A stretch of DNA of 64,000 nucleotides from positions 305,402 to 369,401 of the forward strand of contig NW_003314294.1 in assembly GCF_000143415.4 (NCBI RefSeq). Reading direction: 5' to 3'. The position numbers and the translations under genes are program-made. This document shows positions 35,840 through 48,267 of this stretch, piece by piece (the first letter of the stretch is position 1; each line of letters starts with the position of its first letter). Origin of the DNA: Selaginella moellendorffii. Its lineage: Eukaryota; Plantae; Lycopodiophyta. Below the pieces are notes generated by a model. The model saw only the letters and a program-made list of their open reading frames with translations. It was not told the DNA's origin and did no database searches.

Positions 35840-36362
35840 ATACAAGGGAGGCGTAAGACCACTATACCTACCTTCTACACTCCTTACACTCTTTTGTAAT
35901 TGAGAGCTCCTCCGTTCTGCACAGGTAGATAAGGCTACGGAGATCCTTCTCGGCCCAAGGAATCCCAGGGAATTGTTCCCACAAAGGCTGGAAGGCTATG
36001 CAGTCGTATAGGACATGAAAGACGTCCTCTGCCTGGCGGGAGTACAAAGGAGGCAGTCTCGAAGGTGCCAAGGTGTTCTAGGCCGCACATGACAAGTCTT
36101 AACCTTGAGAGTGTGGTTCCTGCATCTGTATGCTGCTATATTGCACCCAGGGGGGAACTTGGTGATAGACCCGTCCCATTGAATTCACTGTCAAGCAATA
36201 GATTTCATACTTGACAGCCATGAGCGTTCTCTCGCCCCATGCTTGTTCCATCCACCAGGTGCAGTTGTCCATGGGACCTTGAATTATCTCCTTGATATCT
36301 AGCTTCGTAAATAAGACGTTGATAGCAGCATGGAGAGCTTGGTTTGGAGCTGTGACAAGCAC
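35840..36362 (-). mobile_element. LINE (RTEX/L2-like) ORF2 C-terminal remnant
   Basis: AAYRCRNHTLKV and RL.PL....AEDVFHVLYDCIAF resemble the LINE C-terminal RFR..NH.L.+E..C..C..EDE.H.L..C motif. Confidence 0.5.
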
Positions 36363-36379
36363 AGCTGTGTTCCTACGGC

Positions 36380-37057
36380 GCGCTCCTCAAGCACTGGGGC
36401 AATGCGGCAGACCTACCGCAGGGGCGGCGAATTCACGCCGACATTGTCGCCAGCGATGGATTCCTCGGCGATCACCTCCTCCAGATGTATGGCAAATGCG
36501 GCAGCGTCGACGACACCATCCAGGTCTTCCACGCCCTCCCGCGAAGAAGCCTCTTCTCCTGGAACTTCATCATCGCGGCATTCGCCAAGAACAGGCATGG
36601 CTGCAAGGCGATCGAGATGTTTAGGAGCATGGACTCGGCGGGGATCAAGCCCGACAGCACTACTCTCTCCAGCGTCCTTGGTGCTTGCTCCAGCTTGAGG
36701 GATCTGGAAGAAGGCCGGAGAACGCGCTTGTGAGCATGTACGCGCAGGCTGGACGTTGCAAGGACCGAGCGCTGGAGCTTCTCGAGAGGAAGGAGCTGGA
36801 GCCCACCTTTGCAAGCGTTTTCATGTTCTTTGCTGCCGGATCATCGGGGCAGACAATGGGAGGTGGGAAAGAGGCGCATTCGAGGCTCTCACCTGGAAGC
36901 CAATGTGTCCGTGGCCTCTGCGACCATACGGCAAGTTTTGGAAAGTCGGCATGGCGAGAGATGGATCCAGCACAAGAATGTGGTATCCTGGAACGCAATG
37001 CTGGGTGCCGGTACCTACACACAGAAAGCTCTTGGGTGCCACCATCTCGTGTCCTGA
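36380..37057 (+). pseudogene. PLS-class PPR gene fragment
   Basis: MYGKCGSVDDTIQVFHALPRRSLFSWNFIIAAF.. and HKNVVSWNAMLG; near-identical to 28040-28500. Confidence 0.85.
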
Positions 37058-37059
37058 TG

Positions 37060-37373
37060 TCGAGCCTCCATCCATGGACTTAGTTTGGGAGACATGGGAT
37101 TGGGGTAGCGAAGAGCCATGGTTGGAGTCTCCCACAGAAAACACACCAAGTGCAAACACCATCTCCATGGCCAGCACCAGGGGCACCTCCACTTTCGACA
37201 CTGTGTCCAGCACCATCTCTGGCACCTGCTCCAGCACTGCATTCGGCACCAGCTCTGGCACTAGCTGTGGCACTACGTCGAACATTAGCTTTTACACCAG
37301 CTCCGGGACAACCAGTGTTAGAGGTATTTCCCATCCCGCTCTTGCCGAATATGAACAATCAAAATTTAAATAA
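37060..37373 (+). pseudogene. Pro/Ala-rich gene 3' fragment (third copy)
   Basis: WETWDWGSEEPWLESPTE, then a frameshifted APAL..GQPVLEVFPIPLL; followed by a PPR fragment at 37375-37620. Confidence 0.75.
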
Positions 37374-37689
37374 GAATCCAAAAATGGGAAGTGCAACGAA
37401 CTTGACGGGATTCTCTCTAAGGTGAGAGCTCACGACGTGGTCTCCTGGACGACTTCGATCGTGGCCACGGGAGGAACTGAGAAGCTCTCTAGCAGCTGAC
37501 TCTTACCAGCGTTCTGAGCGTCTGTTCCAATGCCAACGATTTGGAGCTCGGGCAGGCACGCACGACTCTTAGGAAAGATGGATCCAGCAACAGCGTTGTG
37601 GTGGCGTCACTCATCAACAAGCTCGACTAGATTTTCCAGAGAACTAACTAGATTTTCGTTGGGCTCCACCTCCATCCTTTTGAAAAACT

Positions 37690-38465
37690 CCAGTGCTTGC
37701 TTGGTCTTTCCTTGCCGAGAACAGGCAGCGATCTCCAGGAGACCACGATCTTGCTCTCGATCTTGTCAAACACGGCCCTCGCAACGTCTAGACTAGAGCA
37801 TCGCGTGTACATGCTCACAAGCGCGTTCTGGATGATGATCGAGGACGAGACCCCTGATCCCTTCCTCGAGCGAGGAACAAGCTCCCAGGATCCCAGCGAA
37901 AGTCGTGTCCCTGGCTTTCAATCCGAAACCTTCCATCTCCTTGTAGAGCTGCCGAGCTTGGGCGCTATGCCGCGATCATCGAGTTCCAGCATATCACTCT
38001 GTTCTCGATCCGATCGAACACCTTTCTGGCCTCTCGCAGCCTCCCACAGCAGGCATACATCTTCACGAGCCCAGTCTCCACAACTATCCCGCTCTGGAAC
38101 TCGCCACTGGACATGGATCCTCCGGCTTTCTTCCAGATCCCTCAGGCTGGAGCAAGCGCCAAGGACACTGGAGAGAGTAGCACTGTCGGGCTTGATCCCC
38201 GCCGAGTCCATGCTCCTAAACATCTCGATCGCCTTGCGGCCATGCCTGTTCTTGGTAAATGCCGCGATGATGAAGTTCCAGGAGAAGAGGCTTCTTCGCC
38301 AGAGGGCATATACATGTGATCGCTGAGGAATCCATTGCTGGCGAGGCCGCTGGCGACAATGTGGGCGTGGATTCGCCGCCCCTGCGGTAGGGCTGCCGCA
38401 TTGCAGAGCGGCGTAGGTCTGGCGTACCTGGAAGGGCGACTGGAATTGCATCGTCGAGGCGTGGC
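37690..38465 (-). pseudogene. PPR gene 5' fragment, inverted relative to 36380-36800
   Basis: RRSLFSWNFIIAAFTKNRHGRKAIEMFRSMDSAGIKPDSATLSSVLGACSSLRDLEE on the minus strand. Confidence 0.85.
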
Positions 38466-39509
38466 TGTAGCGGCCAATAACGAGCCCGTAGAACAAAGTG
38501 AGGCGGGACACGTGGATGATGACATGGACAGAGATGACTCGGCAGGGAGATCCGACGTGGCGGGGAGGACAGAATATCTAGTTTACTTTAACTAATATAG
38601 ATTTAAAAAATTAAATTTCTTTTAAATTCCAGCCTTTAATTTTAATGATTATGATTTCTTACATTGAAATCAATCTATTAATATTTATGATAATACTCCA
38701 TATTATTCTGGATTTTCATTTATAAGCCTTGACTTACATGCAGGAATTACTATTATATTATCTTCTTTAGATAGACCACTTCCACAGTATTATATACCAA
38801 TGTGTGTCCACTTCCAAGCTTTGGCATTACATATCCAGGTAAATCCATAGAATTTTAATACAAAGAGAGTCACGATTTTGATGGACAGATCTACTAATGT
38901 TGAATTTGAAGAGATGAGGCAGTCATTGAGAAGCTATATGCAACTTCTTTCTGCTAGCAAACTCTAATCTCAAACACAATTAACAAAGGCTTATATGGGC
39001 ATGCCATGCATTTTCTTTCTCCTCCTGATCCTAATCATGTAGTGGATCACTTGCTATGTGGAAGAAGCCAACACAGCCACTATGACAGTATGTTAGCTTG
39101 AGGAGGCAAGAACCTCTTTTTCCTGCATTGAAGAGCCAGACTTAGTACCCCAGAACTCAATGTGGTGGCTCATACTCACAACAAGAGGATGGAAGAAGCA
39201 AAGGGCTCTTTTGACCTTCATTATGGGATATACTAGCAAGGCGCATAAAATCAATAAAAATTCTCAATGGTTTGAGAAAGTTTTGAATAAACCAAGAGCT
39301 CTAGATACCTAGTGGCAAAAGATACATGATCAGCTCAAAAAGAAATATTTCTAAAAAGTTGTAGTGCACTATCCAAATCATAAAAGTAATACAAGAGTAT
39401 CTATAATTTAAAATCTAAATAAGTTTTCACTTAGAGTTATGCAGTTAAATAATTTATATTATAAAGACACATTTATAAATTATAAAATAAAAATAAAAAT
39501 ATATTTAAT

Positions 39510-42500
39510 TGTGAGTACATGGAATATAGAAAGGAAATACAAAAATGTGCATATCACTTAGCCCAAAAACCCTAGCTTATATACAAGAGCGAGTGGTCTA
39601 AATTGAAACTAATCTGATGGTTACTAAAATACCACTACGCTAATATTAGTATATGGTATTGTAGCCATATATTTGGATCTCACATCATCCCCTCCTCTTG
39701 AAATAATGGAAGATTATCAAAGTTCTTTTGTAAATGGGCTAGAATCTAGAGGAACATCAGGAGGAGGCATCAGCGGATCTGTAGGTGGTATTAGCTGTTC
39801 TTGATCCCTTTGGACGAATCATTTCAACTGTTACACATGCACAATTTCTGGAGGATCAATTTGCTAAACGTCATGCCGAACCTCATAAACTTGTGATTTA
39901 ATTTGCCGCAACACCCGATACGGTCCTTTCCACTGAGCAAGGAGCCCCTTAGATAAACCATATACCGTAAGATGGGGAAAATGGACTAACACCAAGTCAT
40001 TCACTTTGTACTCCACAAGTGGACAATGATAAGAGTTATAGCACCATTGTTGTCCCACTTGTATGCGGCTTAAGTGTTTGGTAGACTCCGCTTAGACAAA
40101 TGGAAGAATGCTCGTTAAATATTAATCCCATGACCTAGCATCGGCAACTCGTGGCAATTGCAAAGGTAAACCTAGTTCCGTTGGTAGTATTGGATCATAA
40201 CCATATAGAATTTTATATGGTGAAGTACCAATAAAAATCTACACCCCTGTGATACATGCATACCGAAGAAATGGTAAATAACCATTCTAGTCCGAATGCT
40301 AAAAGTTCACGTACTTCGCAATCATCACTTTGAACGTCTGAACGAGCCGTTCCACTAAACCATTTGATTGTGGATGATAAGCACTCATGAAAGTGTGGCA
40401 TATCCCCAACCGAGATGTCAAAACATGAAATGCCTCAGCCATAAGTGCAAGATCATTATCCGAAAGAATCTGTTCTAGACAAGAATGTTGGAACACTACT
40501 CGATTAAGGAAGAAGTATCCAATAGCAATTGCCGAGACACTAGCAAGAGCATTAACTTCCACCCAACAAGTCAAGTAATCAAAAGCAATAATAACATACT
40601 CATTGCCAGCAGTTGATTATGGAAAAGGTCCCATAAAATCAAATGCTATTAACTCAAATAGACAGGTGTAACAAACCAACTCCCCGAAGTGTCATAGGCT
40701 AAAGGATCCCTAAAAGTATGACCAAAATGATAAAGAGTTCATCGGATGGGACCGAGTCTGAAATTGAGTCCAAGACCGAGTCTGAGACCGAGTCTGGGAT
40801 CGAGTTTGAGGCTGACTCCGAGACCGAGTTTAAGACCGAGTTTGAGACAGAGTCCGAGATCTGAGATCAGGTCTGAGACCAAGTCTGAGGTTGAGTTTGA
40901 GGTCGAGTTCGAAATCGGGTCTGAGGTCGAGTTTGAGATCGAGTCCGAGATCGAGTCCGAGGTCGAGTCCGAGATTGAGTCCGAGATTGAGTCCAAGACC
41001 GAGTCCGAGTACTAATACAAGTTGAGGGGTGAAAGCCCAAAGCGTGTGTCTCCCAAGGAAGGGGGGCTCCAGGGGGTTCCAAAAGTATAGTAGGGATAGT
41101 GAGGTCGAAGAACCAATCTTGAAGGAACTCTCCAGTGGTGCTTCCAAACTGACTTGAGGTTGAAATTGGGGTCGAGGGACCTTGGGTGGGAGTGAGCATA
41201 GATTTGGGTGGTGCTGGAGGGGCCACCCAAGGAAATGCTCAAGAGTAACTCTCACTCTTGGAAGGGAAACCGACTCCAGTGCTCTCGGCTCATGTGGAGT
41301 GGTGCCCCACTTGAGTACCTTGCGGCTCACTGGTCCTCGCCCTTCCTAAGGCCTTAGGCTTTCCCCAGTGGGCGGGGGGGCGGGGGGTAGAGGTACCCAT
41401 GTCGGGTTGTTAGGCCATAGTGTTTCCCCCCGGTGTCCCGAAACAAGTGTTGAACCCAAGGTTTAGGATTTAGAGAGTCCCATGATCAAGCCTTATTGTA
41501 CCAAGGGATGTTAGGAACCTGGAGGTTTGGTGTACTTGGTTGCTTGTGCCTACGGGGAGTGTAGTTGAAACTTAAGTCCAGTCTAACCCGGGGAGGGGGA
41601 TTATAAAAGATTTACTAATCTGTGAATGGATGGCTAATGCTTCATTACTTGTGTAGTGAGTAGCTAAAACCAAGTATGACCAAGTAGGAGTTAGTACAAT
41701 ACGCGGGAACTTTGGCAAGAGAACTTAGCTAAGGCTAAGGCGGTGTTGGTCGAATAGACGAGGTAAGCTGGCAAATTGGAAAGAAAAAATTTGTGGCTTA
41801 CAACGGGAAACTGCAATTGACTCCAACCGTATTTTTGCAACATAAGGGGGAGTATTATGAGCTTGACACCAAACACAGCTACGCATATACCAAATAATAT
41901 TGCATCACATCTTCGGCTAATAGAAAAACTTACACAGTTTCTCGGTCACACAACAGTGTCCCATATGCCCACCTAGAATAGGAGAATCATAGTAGGCATA
42001 GAGAAACTATGGAATAAAGATTGAAGACTCTACCAACCGTAAATAATCATTAGGATTTGTCCCCACATTTTTTAATGTGGGGACAATAAAAATATTGTCC
42101 CCACAATATTGCCTTCTTCAAGGTGATATTGAAAATGTAAATGCCAAAATAGCAAGTCATCAATAAGTGATGCAAGATTCTCAAACCCATCTCAAAGCCT
42201 TCGAATCCACAACTCAATATTTTGAGCTTCATGAACCACATCAAGAGAAGGCATATTTTGCTTTGTACATTGTGGACACTAAATGTCAAATACAACAAAC
42301 GCCGATGGCACAGAATCCTCATTTAGAAAATCCACAAATGCTAGAACAATAGGCTCGTAAAAAACATGAGAAAAGAACAAAGAAGGAAGAGAAGCTTAAG
42401 AAAGGGCATCAGCATCAGCCATAGAATTTCCTAGGCGATGAACAACACCAAAATTATATACATGAAGCTTCAAAACCCATCAAACAATACGATCAACCAG

Positions 42501-43860
42501 GTTCTTCCGCTTCAATAATGAAATAATGGCAGCTTGATCATATTCTAGTAACCTTTGAGAACCATGTAAATATGCATGAAATTTCTCAAAACCCTAAACT
42601 GTTGGTAAACACTTTTTTTCTATCATGGAGTAATTCACCTTCGCTAGTTGTAATGTATGGTTTATATATGCAATAGGATGGTGCTGACTAGGCACACTCA
42701 CTCTCTTTCATCAACACACATCTAAAACCAATATCAAAAGCATTCATGCGCAAAATGAAAGGTCGAGTGTAGTCAGGATATGCCAACATCGAAGGAGTTG
42801 TCAATAACTTTTTAAAATCCATGAATGTTCACTCACAATCCAGAGATCAGATGAAAAATGACGTTGATGACTTTAGCAACGCTCACAACAGTGTAGTGCG
42901 ATAAAAAAGATGATCCACAAAATGATTGAGATACTGCACCTTGCTTAGGAAACATTGCACATCATTCACACACTTCTAAATAGGGAACTTTAGAATAGTC
43001 ATAAGTTTATCAAGATCAACTTGCAAATCCTCACAAGAAATACAATGCCCAAAATAAATCGTGTCCTTAGTCCTAAACATGCACTTCAATCGCTTTAGCT
43101 TAAACCAATGTCCCGTAACCGATCCAACACTTTACAAACATCATAGACGTGCTTCTCTCAGGTCCCATCCGAGTGAATCAAAACATCATCAATGAAGTCA
43201 GTAGTCACCTCTGGCATATTGCCGTCCATCATCCATTGGAAAGTTGCTAAAGCATTGTTCAAACCAAACGGCATCACCAAGAACTCATACAAACTAAACA
43301 GTGTACGAAAAGTAGTCTTAGGAACATCTTCTTCGACCATCGATACTTGCCAATACCTAAAAGCAAGATCTAGCTTGGTGAACTAACAACTTCTCCCTAA
43401 ATAATCTAAGAGATCAATAGTGTAAGGAAGAGGGTAAACATTTGAGAACGTCACTTCATTTAACAAACAATAGTCAATGTAGAAACAAATACTCTCATCA
43501 GGCTTTGTCACAAAATGAGGTTCACATGCCTAAAGATTTCGTGACTTCTGAATAACACCCTTCTCCAACATCTCCTTGACATTTGTATGCAAAATCATGA
43601 TTTCTTTAAATGACCGACGACGAACAGGAACCTTGATTAGATGAGCACCCCCAATTGGAATCGAATGACGTGTGGCAGACAATAGGTCAAATTCAAAAAG
43701 ATCAGAATATCCTTCATGAGTTAATCAACTACTGCAACATAAAGACTATCAGAAGGATTAAAAAAGGGAAGAGTGGAACAAGACATAAACATAGAAGGAA
43801 GTAGTGGGGGGATAAAACTAATGGAAGCAAATGTAAAAGAAAAGGGATGAAGAGGTACAA
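39510..43860 (-). mobile_element. Decayed Selgy-like copy (3' LTR 39510-39684 plus pol), interrupted by solo LTR
   Basis: LTR, PPT and pol are colinear with 14537-17780. Many C>T/G>A changes and stops. Confidence 0.88.
40667..41802. mobile_element. Solo LTR (~1.14 kb) with hexamer/12-mer tandem array (40750-41010)
   Basis: TGTAAC...GCTTACA termini. TSD ACAGG/ACGGG; the uninterrupted paralog at ~15688 reads GGACGGGAAAC. (CCGAGT/CTGAGA)n array inside. Confidence 0.8.
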
Positions 43861-43879
43861 AAATGAGAGGAAAATGAAA

Positions 43880-45060
43880 GTATTTTATCTTATTCTTAAT
43901 CTTGCTTTATGTTCAACTTTGTCAACTCAAACTTATCTTGCATATCCTGTAGGAAATCACAAATATAAGACACTTGAACCAAAGCCAAACTCAAACTCAC
44001 GAAAGACTTAGACTCATAGCCATACATCGCCATGAATGGAAACATGCCAATAATTGATTAATGAGTGCTATTGTGAGCAAAATAAAGCAAAGGCAAGTAC
44101 TTTTCCCATACTCTTTGGTGAGTCAAATTTCCCATAAAAGACCTTAGCATATCTTCCAATAGCTAATTCATGTGTTCTGTTTGCCCATCTCATTATGGAT
44201 GCTCATTAGTACTCATACTCAGCTTAGTCTCTAGTTTCTCAAATACCATTTGCCAAAACTTGCATGTGAACTTGGGATCCTAATCACTCACAATATCACC
44301 TACCAAACCATAAAGATTGAATAAACAACTTACAAACAACTAAGCAAGTTCAAAAATTTTAATTGCCATCTTTACTAGGAAGAAGTGATATATTTTTGTC
44401 AAATGATCCTAACCCAAATGACATCATTTCCTCGAAAGGATTTAGGCAAACTAATGATAAAGTCCATCAAAATGTTATCCCACTTATTTTTAGGTACACG
44501 TAGAGAATGATAAAGGCCAACAAGCTTTTGATGATCAACTTTGAACATTTGGCAAGTAAAACAACCATGTACATACTTCTCAACATCTAACTTCATCCCT
44601 AGTAAAAAAAAAGCCTTTTTACCAACATATACATTCTCAATACCCCTAGATCCCCAACACTTGGCACATCATAACACTCAATCAAAATACGTTTGATGAG
44701 CTTGTCAACACCAAAAACCACCACATCTCCCTTCTTCACTGAGATTCCATCTTATATCTCAAATGCCACAAACTTGTCACCCTTCGAATCTGTAAAGGTG
44801 TCCCTTGACAAAACCTTCATGCAAATATCAATGATAAAGTACTCAAAGTTAGCAAACTCCTTAAGTTTATCCAAGAGATCACTAGATAATATCACAAACA
44901 AGATTGAATTCATCATTTTGGATAAAGCATTAGCCTTGTATTGGATCTTAATGCACATGTCCTATAAAAACTCTTGCGAACAAGCCAAGAATCAACCTCT
45001 TAGTTATCATAAATATCTGATGACAACTTCCATTTCACAATACTATAATTTTTGGCATGT
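43880..45060 (-). mobile_element. Degenerate Ty3/gypsy RNaseH-integrase remnant (same family as 2240-9002)
   Basis: KANALSK..LSSDLLDKLKEFA, CFTCQMFK..WDNILMDFIISLPKS and IVSD*DPKFTCKFWQ. Confidence 0.75.
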
Positions 45061-46233
45061 TTGACATATCAATGGTAATCACAAACACAAGATTGATTCA
45101 ACCCTTGAAAGTCCATGCAAAGCAAGAAATCCTTAATGAAATGGATGGAATCCTTAACCTCCTTAATGTTATTTTAAACTGCAGTAATTTAGTGTTTTTG
45201 CCACACAATAATATTATCAAGGGTTTCTTCTTCCTTGTTATGGTAATCATCACTAACACCATACTCCTTATCATAATCTATATTCTACTCATCTGCCATC
45301 CCCTAAAGAATGTACTACTCCAATACCAATAAAATGAACAAGATAAACCCTAGACCAACCTAAATCCCACAGGCCATGGAATATTCTTAGAATATCTTGT
45401 GGTTTGTGTGAATTAACCAACATTTCACAATGGTTTTTCTAATTAAAGTTAATCAAAAGCCTAACATTTATTTTCTTTCTCCATATCATCCTTTCAACCA
45501 TTTCTGTAAATAAAATAAAGATCTTTTTGTTGATTGTCCCACTTTGTAGTCCATGTTTCTAGATAAGAGGTCTATTTGAAAATCCATATCGTAATTCAGT
45601 GAAGTACGCAAGTTAGGTTCCACAAACAAATGGAAGCTTTTGGCTGTGTAGCAATCAGTTTTGTTTCGCTCACACAACAAATTTGTGGTTTATTAGTAAT
45701 CTCGCTAGATTAGTTTTGTGGTGCTTTTCAGACTGAAGACACAGTGTCACAAGGCTGTGCCATTTTTTTTGTGCATACAGATTCCCCATGTCCTGATTAC
45801 GCTCCATAACTTGGTGCACACCCACCAGGCTCATCCGTTCTATATAGCTGAGATAGCTGGAGCAAGCCAGCAAGTTGACAATGCAGCCATAGTTGAGTGG
45901 GCAGTTCTGGGTGGAGATTGGCATGGCTACGAAGAGAGCCAGAGCAGAGCTGTGGCAGTGGCAGGCAAAATGTCTGCAAGAAGCAAAGCCACAGCACAGT
46001 AGGATGCCCAAATATGGCAAGTGCATTCCCAATGGTTGTAATGGTTGTAGTTTTAATGTGAAACAAGATTCTAAACGGCAAGCAGGTGGGCAACTTAATC
46101 AAAAACAGCCTCTTGAGGAAGGACCGCTCTTCCCCTCTTCAAAAAGTTATAGTAAATATTAAATTTCATCTTGATCTTTTTTAATATTGACAATACATAA
46201 TTCTTAATTTATTTTATATGAAAGAGTATTCTT

Positions 46234-47190
46234 TCACTTTGGAATTGGAATGGTGTTTCCAATCAAAACAAAGACAATGCTGGAAAATTTGTCACGTCCA
46301 GTGTGTTTTCGGGGGAAGACATATGAAATCATAGTTTCCAAATCCACAACAAAAGGGCGAAGTTTTGGGCAAGCTTTCTTGGACCAGAAACACCTCAAGC
46401 TTCCGATAGTGTGCTTCTCATATTCTTCCCGCTTAGCTACGGCAACTTTTGTTAACAATTTCCATTCATTTGGATCTGGATAAAATATCCTCTTGAAACT
46501 AAGATCAGATGCTTTTGGTGTTGATGCATCACGCTCTTCCCAAATGCTAAACTCTTTCTTCGCAATGACCTCAAGCATTCTTCGCCCCTCATAATAGAAG
46601 TCCCTAGGGTAACTCCTTATCTCCTGTTGTTCTGAAATTCTCCATTCATCACCCACTGTCTGAAAACAATAGAATGGACAGGTGCGCCACCGCCTCAAGT
46701 CAGGGGTATACATCACAGCGTTATCCCGGAAACACTTGTTGATAACAATAATTACGTATCTTTCCCTCTCAGAGCATAGCTCTATTCTAGAGCTTAAAAT
46801 CCCGTCATTCATCTGAGAATCTGTGTTGAAAAGCATTTTGTCAATGGCAGGCAGTTCCTCCCATTGCATGAGCACAGGATTACCAACATAAAGCTTTGTT
46901 CTAGAACGTAAGAACACCATGCCTTGGTTAGTACCCAAAACTTGGTAATGATCCTTGAAATCTGGGAACGGGTCATCCAAGAAGGAACCTGAGAGTGGAC
47001 ACCAAGCTTTGAGAGCGTCGTTAACATACGTGAGAATCCAAACCCCCGAATCCATTGTAGCTCTAGATTTGAAGTCTGGTGATTGAACGATTTCTCTCCA
47101 TGCCTTACACACGCTGCTTGCACGCACTGCACTTCGATTATCTAGACGCGATAAAATCTCCCGCAAGATTCTCACCGGTAGAAGCGTCAT
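46234..47190 (-). CDS. F-box protein (intronless, ~318 aa, unrecognised C-terminal domain)
   Basis: Open ORF with ATG at 47190. N-terminal F-box LLPVRILREILSRLDNRSAVRASSVCKAWREIVQSPDF, then an FBA-like LGTNQGMVFL..LYVGNPVLMQWEELP. Confidence 0.8.
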   Translation of the reverse strand: MTLLPVRILREILSRLDNRSAVRASSVCKAWREIVQSPDFKSRATMDSGVWILTYVNDALKAWCPLSGSFLDDPFPDFKDHYQVLGTNQGMVFLRSRTKLYVGNPVLMQWEELPAIDKMLFNTDSQMNDGILSSRIELCSERERYVIIVINKCFRDNAVMYTPDLRRWRTCPFYCFQTVGDEWRISEQQEIRSYPRDFYYEGRRMLEVIAKKEFSIWEERDASTPKASDLSFKRIFYPDPNEWKLLTKVAVAKREEYEKHTIGSLRCFWSKKACPKLRPFVVDLETMISYVFPRKHTGRDKFSSIVFVLIGNTIPIPK

Positions 47191-47294
47191 CCTGCGCAAC
47201 CTAGGCCAATTTAAGGATTATATGCCCCAAATGAAAAGGAAAAGACAACCAAGAATATGCTTCATATAAAAACAGGTATATTCTAGAGTTACCG

Positions 47295-48090
47295 ATCTCC
47301 TCCTCCAGACGTAAATGCGCCAGCCCGGACGCGCATACGTCCCAAGAACCACTGCTGGAATTTCATCATCGCGGCATTCTCCAAGAGCAGGCATGATCAG
47401 CGCTCATCGGGCTTGAATCCCGCCAACTTCATGCTGTTTGCCCCCTGTGGGAGGCCGCGAGAGGCCAGAGAGGTCTTCGATCAGATCGAGAACAACGATG
47501 TGAAATGGTGGAACTCGATGATCACTACATATGCCCAGAGCGGGCATAACAGATCGCACTTGTGAGCACGGTGCTCTAGGCGGCTGTGTTTGACAAGAAC
47601 GTGGTCCTCCTGGATCGCTGCTTGTGCTCGGCAAGGAGAGGCCGAGAAAGTGCTCTTCGAGAGGAAGTCACCTTTGCCAGGGTTTTCAATGCTTGTTGAA
47701 GTTTGCTGCTGGATCATTGCACCACTGCCATCGTGATCATGTAGCGAGGTTTTCGAAGCACAAGACTGCTGGGAGCGAACTTGCTGTGATATCTGGGAGG
47801 CAGCTGTGTTTGACAAGAGTGTGGTCTCCTAGAACACTATGATCGCTGCTCCAGCTGCCAAAACTCGGGATCAAGCCTCAAGTGCTTCGACTCCAACAAG
47901 AACGTGCTCTCATCAGCATGTACAACGAACTTGACATGGACAGAGTTCACGCTTTGATTGTGGCCTACACTTAACACGGCAGGAACCCAGAGGTCTACAA
48001 GCAGATGGAATGGAGTCACTAGTGGTTCTGAGTGCCTATTCCAATGCTAGCGATTTGGAGCTCTGCATGCACGGCTCTTGGCAAGGAAAT
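47295..48090 (+). pseudogene. Highly decayed PPR fragments
   Basis: WNFIIAAFSK, AREVFDQIENND..WNSMITTYAQSG and KNVVSW remnants. Confidence 0.7.
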
Positions 48091-48267
48091 ATGGAAACAT
48101 AAGGAGACAGTAGGCATTGTTTAATTGAATGATTTTTTTGTTGTTCAAAAGAATTTTTAATGCTTTATAAGTTTTCCACATGCCCACGTCCACAACAATG
48201 CAATAAACAACATGAGTGGCAACAATGGAAATAAAGGTATAGAAAATACCTCAAACACTAGTTGTCC

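Noticed and set aside
40739-41330. Ser/Arg/Leu-Gly repeat ORFs
   Set aside because: Artefacts of a hexamer array inside a solo LTR.
45718-46002. HUH endonuclease (Replitron/Helitron) from the 'VHTHQ' motif
   Set aside because: Single short motif, no supporting catalytic Tyr motif or termini; not supportable.
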